This document shows, in pieces, positions 56,001 through 64,000 of a stretch of DNA of 64,000 nt. The DNA lies in the IMG/VR virus record IMGVR_UViG_3300009104_000002, positions 96,001 to 160,000 of that record. One strand, written 5' to 3'. This DNA is from a virus. A program made the translations under genes and the position numbers. The first letter of the stretch is position 1; the number at the start of each line of letters is the position of its first letter. The notes under the pieces are model-generated. The model did not search any database and had not been told where the DNA came from. It saw only the letters and a list, made by a program, of their open reading frames with translations.

Positions 56001-59000
56001 CAGTTAATTCAGACGAAGTTAGGAAAGTTGGAGAAAGAACGGCATTTCGGAGTGCTTGTGGTCCAGTTGGAGAAACCGCTGAATAAACGCTCCCCATCGT
56101 ATGTTTTCTTGCGTATATTGGAGAAGGTAGAATGGCCTCGTCGTCACCGACATTTCCGTCGATTAATCTATAAGCCATTGTATAATCATTTTGAAGTTCT
56201 CCGGACGACCCAATGGACGCACTTTCCGCTATGTATGTTGACAATCCTGTTCCAAATTGCTCTGCGGCGTCAAGTGCCCACGCACTCTGAGATACAACAT
56301 ATCCTTGCGAATTTTCTCCGCCAAATTTATCTTTGCCCAGATCAGTCCTATCTTCTCTTGAATTTCTCCAAAATGTATTTTTATATCCAATCCTCTCTCT
56401 GTTTCTTTTACTATACATGTTTATAGTGGAGGGATATATTTGTTCTTGATATGAAAAATACTTTATTTCTTGAACGGGGTTTGCTACAACATCTAGTGCA
56501 CTATTTGTATATAAATTTAACACCCTGTCATATGATGTTAGGAAATTATCATTAGATTTTTCAATATCAAGAGATATTTGCCTATTTGCAAATAATGTTT
56601 TCTCGTTTCCATAAGAACTGTTAATTCTAAGGTTGTCAAAAGTTATCATTGGCGCGCCAGAATCTACAACATTTCTTGCAACCTTCAAAATATGATTCAT
56701 TGGCCTATATTTCGATATAATTGGAGGATCTTCTCTGAATTTCGCACTATCATCTCTCAAATTATACGCAGTAATATTCGAGCTATTCCACTTTTTGACT
56801 AATGGATTTTCATAACCTCGGGTTTGTTTCCAGGAGGGGTGCCGATAAGGTCCGTTTCTCTTAAGCAGGGTGGCGTTTAGAAGAGAAGGCTTTCCATCAA
56901 AAGGAAGTTTTCCCATAAATCCTCCATCAATTAATTTACCATTAACGGAACTTGAAATGTCTACATCTGTCGGACTGAATCCTGTAAAAGAATTCAAATA
57001 TTCCAGCGGCTCATAAACATTATAGTTTAACCAATTATAGACTGTTGGAATAAATTCCGTAATTGTGTATGCAAATGGTCCAGCTCCAAAGGATCCAAGC
57101 TCTTTTTTGTCAGATCCAAAAGATGATGGCGAAGGTATAAAGCCAGTGCGGGCATATGAAACAAAATCACTCGCGGAAGAGAAGGTTACCAAATCGCCTT
57201 CGCCGTCATAAGGAAGATATCCAAACGTATTATAAGAAATGGCCGAGGCGGTTATCCAAGCATATTGTAAATCTGTTCTTGGAATTGGGTGCTGGACATA
57301 AAAGTTATTATAAACCGATGCCGTAACCGTTGTCGACCCCGAATCTTTCATTTGTCTAATTGTATTTCTATTAACCTGATAAACGCTGCCTGTTCCGTTG
57401 TAGTTTAATGAATTTACGAAAGACGGGCCGTTGCCAATACCAAAGGAATCTGAATAAAACCCAAATTGGCTAACATGGGATGACAATAGGAGCCTCTGTA
57501 TTTCCCTTACTTCCGTATTTCTATAATTAATCGCGTTATAAACTGAAAATTCAGCCGCTTCGGGATCTAATTGTGGTCCGCCATCGGAGTCGCCGGCAGT
57601 AGATGGGTCTCCGGGAGATGAAAATCTATTGACAAAGACGTGCTCGGTCCTTCCTCTTTGTGGCTTTGCATAGTCGTTCATGCCCGCAATATAGGGTGAT
57701 GGTGATTCTGTCACACTAAAGCCGCCTGCCTTCACAAATGCAGAATTATTTTCTGTTCTTCCGCAGGTTTGTACAATTTCATAATCTTTTCTATAATTTC
57801 CAAGCTCACCAGTGGCTGAATTATCCTTTATATTCTTAATATTAAGGATTCTTTTAGCAACCATGTCGCGGTAAAGCATTGCGCGAGGGCTATTAACTGG
57901 CTGGTGTATGAATTTTAGAGCCGTTGGGACTGATTGGAATTCCATATTCCAAGCCTCGGGCCTGTTTGATGAATTATCTGTTCCCTTATTCAGCGGAATA
58001 TGGCGATGCTGATTTCCTCCCACCCATTTTTCAGTAAAGGGGCCCTGGAGAGGGACTTCAGAGTTTACATACGAGTCAATATGCATATTTTCAATACTGA
58101 ATCCTGGTTGAAACTCATCATTTATTTTTTTATTGTATCCCGAATTTATAGTTATTCCATTTTTTAAGAAATTTTCTGTGACGACAGACACAAATGGGGC
58201 CAATAAATCCCCGGCGGCGGTCATATATGGGTCGGCACTTATTTTGTTCTGAATTTCATAAGGAATTTTTATTTTAGACACTGGTGTTAAATCGTCAACA
58301 CAATTTACTGTGGAATCTAACTTGTCTGCCGGGACCTCAATCCCTTCAGAAACCCCAAATTTGACAGATTTTTTAATATTTTCTCGAATATTGTTTTTAA
58401 TATTCAAACCTGTACTTATTATTTTTGATTCATCAACCTTTAGTCTGAGTGGAGTTGAGAATTTTCTATTTAATGCAGAGATTGTTGTCGATAAAATTTG
58501 CTCTTTATCAGAATCGACGCCAGCATCCCCGGTGGCAAGAGGAGGTTCATCTCTTTCAGCGCGCTCTTTCCACCAAAAGCAAGACTCTCTTTCTTCGCCG
58601 CTTACGGGGCGGTGTCCGGATTTCCAATTATACAGCAGTTCATTAATGCCACGGATTCCGGATTCAGGATCTGATTGCTTCATGTCTACTGTGGGGTATT
58701 TATTCCAATATTTATTCCTTTCCAGGATGTGGCTTTCTATAACTGTCCTCAAGCCATCTTGTTTAATCGCCGAAGCTGGGAAAAGATTCATTAACATTTC
58801 TGATAATGAGCTATCTATCCATTTATAATACTCAATATATCTCTCGACATCGGGAGTGTCGTCTACTTTTTCAAAAAACAAACTCCTTAGTTTACCAAGA
58901 GCTTTATATTCTTGCCTATATCGATTTACTGGAGCGCCTATTAAATTATTGAAATCTAAAATTGTTGAAAAGAAGTTCACTATTTCATCAGTTATTGCGC

Positions 59001-62000
59001 GATACATACTCTTTTCTATCATATAGTAGAAATTTACTGGGCGAGTTTGTTTTGTAAAAAGCTGCTCGTCCTCGATATTGAAGACCTTGACCATATCGTA
59101 TGAATTTACTATTTCCGGAGTTGTCTGTTTTGCGACTGGCAAAAATTCAACATTTATGGCCTTTATATCTTCTGGATAGAAGAAATCTGCGCGGCCAGTA
59201 TGTTGTTTTCCTACGACATTCCCCATCCAGGAGTATCTTTGGGAAATTTCAGAGGATCCAGAGGAATAATCTAAAACAGTAAATCCCGCATCTGGAACTG
59301 TTGGTACTCCACCTCCAGAATCTGAACCAGTTATTTGATCAAATCTCCATTGAAGTGCCAGAGTTTCCATTTCTGGAATTTCTGTTCCTGTTAAAGATGT
59401 CACAAAATTATAAGAATTTTTATATGGAGAATAAGATCCAAAATTATCTGAATTTTTAGCGTGTGCTATAATTTCACTATCATTAAGATGTTTCATCCAA
59501 TATTTTACACTAGATATCTTTAAATCAGATCTGTGAATTGTGGAGCCAGTGAAATCTTGCCGGTGGGCGCCAACATAAATTCTCTTTGGCTCTGTTAAGT
59601 ATTTGTCTCCGTCAGTCGTGACTGAGCTGGTTAACAAAATTTCTTGATTAATTATATCTGCGTCTGTGTTGACGGCATAAAGTTCCAAGTCATACTCGGA
59701 AACATCCGTGCCATCTACTAAGTCAGCATGCTTTCGTGTTGGCCCAAATCTTAAAGCAATATTCCATTTTTTATTGGTATATAGATCCTCGATAATATCA
59801 CTTTGAACATCTATTCCGAAAAAAGAACTAGTTACCACAAGATATCCATCTTTTTGGTTTCTATTCGTATTCGGTCGTACAGAATATACTTGTAAATCGT
59901 AATCTGTAGAAGGCCAGGAGAAATCTGTCGGCGTTGTCGCGTCTGCCGTATGAAATCCAAAAATAGAGGACGTTTGGAACGGCGTCACATAATAAACATT
60001 GTTGTCAATTTCTTTCTTTTTCGGAAAAATTGTTTCGACTTCGTAAGTGAAAGATGTATATTTTTCCAAAGAGTCGGACGAGGCGGAAATAAAAGAGACA
60101 CTATTTGGATTTCCGGAAGAGGTTTGCTGATATATTGTTGAATTGAAAGTATCTGGTCGATAAAAATCCACAAAATTCTTCTTTGTATATGAAAAATCAT
60201 AATTTTCATTTAGGTTATATACCAGATTGTTCGCATAAGCGTTAATTTTAATTAAATTCTCGTCTACTCCATAACACCTTATTAAGTTTCTGAAAGAATT
60301 TGTTGTACCCTTTGATTTATAAATTGATACAATATTGTTGTAAATGTTTTTATATATGATGTTTTTTATATTAAACAGCTCGTCAGAAAAATCCTTCTCT
60401 TCATCTCTGTTAAAAATTTGATTCAATACGGAAGAATCTGTAAAGATTTCTGGAGATATTAATCCAATATGTCCCAGCAATTCATCAGAAAATGGAATTT
60501 CCTTGTTACTTCCGCTCACATATGAAATATTTTTAATCTTATTAATTTCTTGGATTTGAAGTTGGAGAGTATCCAAATAGCTTGACATTACTTGGGTTAG
60601 CTTCTTTAGGTTTCCACTTTCATCGCCAGCAGTATCTTCGTCGATTATCCAATTTGGAAAATTATTATATAATGAAGTTGAGTTATTGTAATCATAATAT
60701 GCTCCAGATAACTCCATCTCATTAGATAATGAAATAACCAATGGATGCTCTGGATAAATAATTGGGTCCCTGAACTCTGCTTGAGCTGCGCCTGCCAATA
60801 CCATGGCGGAAGAGGTTTTTCTAGAATTTGAAGTGTATCCTGTCCAATTCCCGTTTGTTATTCTTCCCGAGTAATCAAGAACCGATGAATCAATGGAGGA
60901 ATCTCCAACAATTCCTTCATTAAATTTATAATAAACTCCCAAAGAGGCATTTGATATGTCGCTATTTGTTCCGCCATATACTTGTGTAAACCAATATCGA
61001 CCTATATCCTCCGAAGTTCTTGACTCTTTCCAAAATCTAAATTCATCCAGCGATCCAGAGAATTTTCCCCAGCCACGGCCGGCGAAGTCCGAAGTTCCAT
61101 TTGAGGCAGATGTAATTAGGGCGCCTATTTGTGCGTTTAGGGCGCCTGTAACTTCATTAAGATTTGATCCAGATGAAGTTGATTCTATTAGATCTCCGTT
61201 TATATAAAAATCCGTATTTAATGTTGATCCAGAATTATATACTCTAAAAGCATAGTGCCCAAAAGTTTCCAGGGCTGCCAGAGTGATTGAAGATCCAAAT
61301 GGTTGACTTATAAATCCATCAGAGCCAGATCTAACAGTTAATTTAAATGGTTGAGGAGATGCCGTAAATAAATCAAAAGTGTTTAATTCGAGAGTAACCC
61401 TCCCATAAGACCCAAGAGATGACGTTGTATTATTCCATAAATCAAAAATTACTTCTTTTTGGGTTTTATTTATGTCTACGCCTTCTTTTTTCAGCCAAAA
61501 TTCAATTGTGATTCCATTATCAAAGTTTGTTTTAAGGTTACTTTCCCTACTCCCCTTATCGATAAATCCCTTATCATCATAAATATTTTCGTTATATATA
61601 TTAGAATCATCAAATGTCGAGTTTAGCGCCTTCCCTATCATTCCCCCGGAGGCTGTATGAGGGCCGCCCTGGAAATGTATGTATTCATCCACTGTGGGGT
61701 GACCATAATAATAGTTTCCGATATTTGGAAATCCACCGGGCTCTACACCCCCCCAACCCTCTGCGGAAATATCTATATATCCATTTGTTCTCGGATATTT
61801 ATTCTCCAGTAACCACAAATCTATGTACGTTGATTGATTTAAAAATTCTTGCTTTTCTTTTGAGGCGCCGTCATAAGGATAATTTTCATAGATTCTTGTT
61901 ATTGAATCTTCATAATATTGTTTTGCAGATCCATATCTAGCAAAATTTTCAGGATTGGAAAAATCAATTTGAGGTATAAATCTATTTTTATTTTTCCAAG

Positions 62001-62106
62001 TTTCCGAAATATTTCCCAAAGATTCCCCGTCATTCCTTATATCCTCCGGCTCTTGTGAGAATATTGAATACGGTGTTTCCCCATCAAAAAGATTTCTAAT
62101 GCTCAT
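53077..62106 (-). CDS. giant baseplate wedge-like protein with LamG domains, 3009 aa
   Basis: LamG patterns (GITIEFWLKK...FSGSLDEFRFWK); QVMSSYLDTLQLQI...IYKSKGT..SFRNLIRCYG wedge-like segment; ATGA overlap. Confidence 0.65.
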   Translation of the reverse strand: MSIRNLFDGETPYSIFSQEPEDIRNDGESLGNISETWKNKNRFIPQIDFSNPENFARYGSAKQYYEDSITRIYENYPYDGASKEKQEFLNQSTYIDLWLLENKYPRTNGYIDISAEGWGGVEPGGFPNIGNYYYGHPTVDEYIHFQGGPHTASGGMIGKALNSTFDDSNIYNENIYDDKGFIDKGSRESNLKTNFDNGITIEFWLKKEGVDINKTQKEVIFDLWNNTTSSLGSYGRVTLELNTFDLFTASPQPFKLTVRSGSDGFISQPFGSSITLAALETFGHYAFRVYNSGSTLNTDFYINGDLIESTSSGSNLNEVTGALNAQIGALITSASNGTSDFAGRGWGKFSGSLDEFRFWKESRTSEDIGRYWFTQVYGGTNSDISNASLGVYYKFNEGIVGDSSIDSSVLDYSGRITNGNWTGYTSNSRKTSSAMVLAGAAQAEFRDPIIYPEHPLVISLSNEMELSGAYYDYNNSTSLYNNFPNWIIDEDTAGDESGNLKKLTQVMSSYLDTLQLQIQEINKIKNISYVSGSNKEIPFSDELLGHIGLISPEIFTDSSVLNQIFNRDEEKDFSDELFNIKNIIYKNIYNNIVSIYKSKGTTNSFRNLIRCYGVDENLIKINAYANNLVYNLNENYDFSYTKKNFVDFYRPDTFNSTIYQQTSSGNPNSVSFISASSDSLEKYTSFTYEVETIFPKKKEIDNNVYYVTPFQTSSIFGFHTADATTPTDFSWPSTDYDLQVYSVRPNTNRNQKDGYLVVTSSFFGIDVQSDIIEDLYTNKKWNIALRFGPTRKHADLVDGTDVSEYDLELYAVNTDADIINQEILLTSSVTTDGDKYLTEPKRIYVGAHRQDFTGSTIHRSDLKISSVKYWMKHLNDSEIIAHAKNSDNFGSYSPYKNSYNFVTSLTGTEIPEMETLALQWRFDQITGSDSGGGVPTVPDAGFTVLDYSSGSSEISQRYSWMGNVVGKQHTGRADFFYPEDIKAINVEFLPVAKQTTPEIVNSYDMVKVFNIEDEQLFTKQTRPVNFYYMIEKSMYRAITDEIVNFFSTILDFNNLIGAPVNRYRQEYKALGKLRSLFFEKVDDTPDVERYIEYYKWIDSSLSEMLMNLFPASAIKQDGLRTVIESHILERNKYWNKYPTVDMKQSDPESGIRGINELLYNWKSGHRPVSGEERESCFWWKERAERDEPPLATGDAGVDSDKEQILSTTISALNRKFSTPLRLKVDESKIISTGLNIKNNIRENIKKSVKFGVSEGIEVPADKLDSTVNCVDDLTPVSKIKIPYEIQNKISADPYMTAAGDLLAPFVSVVTENFLKNGITINSGYNKKINDEFQPGFSIENMHIDSYVNSEVPLQGPFTEKWVGGNQHRHIPLNKGTDNSSNRPEAWNMEFQSVPTALKFIHQPVNSPRAMLYRDMVAKRILNIKNIKDNSATGELGNYRKDYEIVQTCGRTENNSAFVKAGGFSVTESPSPYIAGMNDYAKPQRGRTEHVFVNRFSSPGDPSTAGDSDGGPQLDPEAAEFSVYNAINYRNTEVREIQRLLLSSHVSQFGFYSDSFGIGNGPSFVNSLNYNGTGSVYQVNRNTIRQMKDSGSTTVTASVYNNFYVQHPIPRTDLQYAWITASAISYNTFGYLPYDGEGDLVTFSSASDFVSYARTGFIPSPSSFGSDKKELGSFGAGPFAYTITEFIPTVYNWLNYNVYEPLEYLNSFTGFSPTDVDISSSVNGKLIDGGFMGKLPFDGKPSLLNATLLKRNGPYRHPSWKQTRGYENPLVKKWNSSNITAYNLRDDSAKFREDPPIISKYRPMNHILKVARNVVDSGAPMITFDNLRINSSYGNEKTLFANRQISLDIEKSNDNFLTSYDRVLNLYTNSALDVVANPVQEIKYFSYQEQIYPSTINMYSKRNRERIGYKNTFWRNSREDRTDLGKDKFGGENSQGYVVSQSAWALDAAEQFGTGLSTYIAESASIGSSGELQNDYTMAYRLIDGNVGDDEAILPSPIYARKHTMGSVYSAVSPTGPQALRNAVLSPTFLTSSELTASAWPTISTFNQLGHISIFGGNAKFEAHEMAGYIEDGQFISSPSTPFYDKYELYVHNMRLKNKDMSLIPEFRISDHIQKYLNDSNGFLASNTASFSIFGINQDNTETVFYKTTGSQPFLYDIQVSEDTPQNSGQDNFYRIYSFSDFMEYFDIVSEEHDKIEDLPKSLTLSCKALMKFIAYDGFYPAERTLEIANAFSESYAPFVVGSTYSKDIPGLGPSSAIAGDIDTLKMRPFMAPFFSPGIMYNTIKSGIAVDYPIYTSSYETIRYFNYSGSGAPAAVDYSDYYAVGRDAGEGGILHHRFSFESLLDPVSNIKDISIYDMEPHPSCSIPVTAKLQNPEESDLNLNNYKLIVNNFFGEIPNFFLKNESLTSLVSKNQEDGFTVKNGEYYGMRIAIRGKKSTNSLGLQSAGDVPQQFGKARIGVPSDALNEPELMTMYSRPSAFGPPMAGTSSFSGTFDASPGLIVDTLLNDSVNGYYTPYTPPYYIGEAWADVMFQASADGNVTLDEIFANASVKYWRVFNNFINGTLNAGGQWPSGEDNSYPMHQKNINLNAMQISSSVNLFLKEFVPSNDLTKLTPRWVIQSKFETPILNFGDQKTSPLNFGNITTPTTGSDPWLGYCGKTTTPIGMWHQFGTIPEGNNGISLEVREISQQWREYAADPGAIIGGTPLSPEDRAFYNDGNFKSLAEVVGFSESTAGAPTTKVSRMGKLSDSKKVYEAVVAVPFVENEAIKKLGKAENLNRDKKLFFELPVIASFAEDTEINKRNPKVLFPPGTSQDILDMAEKVWKRYVFPPQFDFIRNLKTKPVAMYIFDFEHTFDKNDLSYIWQNIAPKFGTQFKESVATISHPLMTGEMIKTMKNKVKWMVFKVKQRAETNYYNKIVGSSKAEDRLFGYNWPYDNFSMVEFAKMDAQISYGSPLTLDTSLAPVSQTGLPSTNDISLTNTSTTAEAKKRKSDVLTQGAVAKQLSEQEKK

Positions 62107-63578
62107 GCGTTTTCTACCCTAAATTTCCACTCATATGGCTGCTCTATATAACTATCTACAGACTCGTCATAGTATGCAACACTAATTTTATAAGAATAGC
62201 CAGACTCCAGCAACCCCATATCAAAATCAAAATAATTCCCACTCATATCATATGATAATGCTGTAGCATTATCGCTTCCGGTATCGTGTGGTACCACAAT
62301 CAAATCATCAATAATTCTAGTTATTTGATAGGACGCGCTCTCGATTGTCATAGTATCTGTCTCTGTTGTTGCGACAGTATAAATTGTTGGACTCCAATCC
62401 TTGTCTCTGACATAAAATTCAAATCTTGTTGTCTCATTTTGATTATAAACTGACTTTAGATTTGTCAAAGCTGTGACCAATTTTGGATATGGACTATAAG
62501 TACTTGCTGCGTACTGGGTGATTGCGAATGTGCCGGTATGATAAACCTCCGTCATTCCAAAATCAAACCACCTATCATAAGCAACGCTTGAAGTAGTATC
62601 AAGAGAAAAAGAAGCAGTATAAATTCCCGTAGATGAGTGACCCCCGGTGATAGTTGGTCCGATTGTAGATCCACCCGATATTGAATCATATATACAAACC
62701 TTCAACTGGCCTGTTCCAATACCTGGAATGTTTTTTAGTCTTCCTCTTATAACATTATATAGATACAGGGTTTGTATATTTTCTTCTGCTGTTACTAGGG
62801 AGCTGCTGGCATAAAAATTACCCCTATCATCTTTTATTGTATTATTCCATTTTGCCTCTATTGTTGGGCGCTTGAAGAAATATTCAGATCCCCTTCCAAA
62901 AAATTTCTTCGTATACCAAGTATCTGTACTTCCGCCTGGATTAAAGAGTTGGCTTCCCACATCAGCACCCACAGAGTTTGAAAAAAAGGCCTCCTGACTA
63001 GAGGTAAAGTGTATTCCAATTCCATAATTATCTATTGTTCCATCTATCCAATTTTCTACCAAAGCTGTAATGTCCATTTTAAGATTTTCATTTCCAATCG
63101 GGAAAACTTGAGAATATACCGGCGATGATAAATAATCTCCGCCCTCTCTTGTCCATGGTACTGATTTTCCAGCATTTATCCAGTTTGATCCCTCATTTTG
63201 TTTAACGACATCTTTATATTCATCCATATCAAGGCCGGTGCCCTCTTGCCACGATTGAGATATAGGCAATATAACCAATTCGCCTTCCCTTGGGGTAGTC
63301 TGATTATGCGGAGCATTATACATATTTAAGTAAAAACTAACTTTTCCACTATCGGGGATAATCCCAGAAGACCTATCGGAAGATATTTGACTTACTGGAA
63401 ATTTTATTAATATTCTTTCCAACTCCGTGGATCCAGAAGATGCCTGACCGTAGATTGAAAATGTTTCCAAAATGTCCGAAAGACCCATGTTCGCGCCTGT
63501 TCCGCGAGTTTGCAAATCCATCTTAAATGCATTTGTTATAGTATTGTCAGCATCAGAAAAGTATTTTTTAATCGCCAT
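62103..63578 (-). CDS. baseplate-associated protein with DNRLRE-like domain
   Basis: ADNTI, ILIKF, FYLNMYN, ISQSWQEGTG, W..EGGD pattern; C-terminal Ig-like region. Confidence 0.55.
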   Translation of the reverse strand: MAIKKYFSDADNTITNAFKMDLQTRGTGANMGLSDILETFSIYGQASSGSTELERILIKFPVSQISSDRSSGIIPDSGKVSFYLNMYNAPHNQTTPREGELVILPISQSWQEGTGLDMDEYKDVVKQNEGSNWINAGKSVPWTREGGDYLSSPVYSQVFPIGNENLKMDITALVENWIDGTIDNYGIGIHFTSSQEAFFSNSVGADVGSQLFNPGGSTDTWYTKKFFGRGSEYFFKRPTIEAKWNNTIKDDRGNFYASSSLVTAEENIQTLYLYNVIRGRLKNIPGIGTGQLKVCIYDSISGGSTIGPTITGGHSSTGIYTASFSLDTTSSVAYDRWFDFGMTEVYHTGTFAITQYAASTYSPYPKLVTALTNLKSVYNQNETTRFEFYVRDKDWSPTIYTVATTETDTMTIESASYQITRIIDDLIVVPHDTGSDNATALSYDMSGNYFDFDMGLLESGYSYKISVAYYDESVDSYIEQPYEWKFRVENA

Positions 63579-64000
63579 TATTTCACCACTCCAGTTATAT
63601 CTACATTGGGAAATTTTACCTCAAAACAAACATTTGCTGGACAAGATAAATATCTTCCATCTGCAGATAAATTTTCTGATATATTATATCCGACATCCGA
63701 ATAAATTCCCCCATTTTTGTTTATGAGAAATACATTTTGTGTGTCTATTACTCCCCTTATCCTATTAAGTTCGTAATAAATATCAGTTATATAGAGGGGG
63801 TCTCCCATTTGTAGTGGTTTTAAATATTTTTCTGCCAATACACTAATACATTCACTATATATATCCTCCTTATTGAAGCTTGGATCTCCGATTATTTCGA
63901 AAGAAATTCCCAAATTAACCATCTTTCCATCGACAATATCGATTGTATCATTGATCATTTTATAATTTGATATCCAAATTCTTAAATTTTCCTTCAGAAC
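63578..64000 (-). CDS. C-terminal part of baseplate wedge protein (gp6-like), truncated by the window edge
   Basis: frame open to 64000 (VLKENLRIWISNYKMINDTIDIVDG...NLGISFEI...YYELNRIRGVIDT...FEVKFPNVDITGVVK). Confidence 0.75.
   Translation of the reverse strand, partial: VLKENLRIWISNYKMINDTIDIVDGKMVNLGISFEIIGDPSFNKEDIYSECISVLAEKYLKPLQMGDPLYITDIYYELNRIRGVIDTQNVFLINKNGGIYSDVGYNISENLSADGRYLSCPANVCFEVKFPNVDITGVVK

Noticed and set aside
328-63726. Numerous plus-strand ORFs and nested minus-strand ORFs (e.g. 328-762, 2311-2817, 12624-13103, 58310-58828)
   Set aside because: They lie antisense to or inside long motif-bearing genes, have no RBS or recognisable motifs, and show the biased composition of shadow frames
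1-64000. Stop-codon reassignment, as seen in some large phages
   Set aside because: Core genes are full length in code 11, and TAA, TAG and TGA all end genes at tight junctions
1-64000. CRISPR array, tRNA genes, or a diversity-generating retroelement
   Set aside because: All repeats found are in-frame coding repeats without unique spacers; no cloverleaf or reverse transcriptase was seen (visual scan only; tRNAscan not run)

Overview
64 kb segment of a large T4-like (myovirus-type, probably jumbo) bacteriophage. Every credible gene is on the minus strand, densely packed, often coupled by TAATG/ATGA/TAGTG overlaps, and reads cleanly in genetic code 11. In transcription order (right to left): baseplate/tail block (gp6 C-terminus, DNRLRE-like protein, 3009-aa wedge, tail-collar-like paralogues); RuvC-like resolvase; a sigma70-driven island (primase plus Mre11-Rad50 fusion); holin/spanin-like genes mixed with small putative internal head proteins; terminase gp17; portal gp20; protease gp21; an inserted fibre/tailspike block; ribosomal protein bS21; scaffold; major capsid gp23; neck gp13; gp15; two gp14 paralogues; a fibre plus a 7x LamG adhesin; a terminator-insulated yeaH-spoVR-prkA operon; and an 841-aa repeat fibre. 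Most interesting: (1) a complete phage-borne PrkA(AAA+)/YeaH(vWA)/SpoVR dormancy-sporulation module with permuted gene order; (2) a reusable MK(I/L)(T/S)KxxLxxIIxEE leader on unrelated cargo domains, a candidate capsid-targeting/protease-release system, including a two-module polyprotein; (3) a recurrent upstream motif ACTATTTAT whose core is the reverse complement of the T4 late promoter; (4) bS21 in a phage that uses strong Shine-Dalgarno sites; (5) a duplicated gp14. All family assignments come from motif recognition by eye. No database searches were run.
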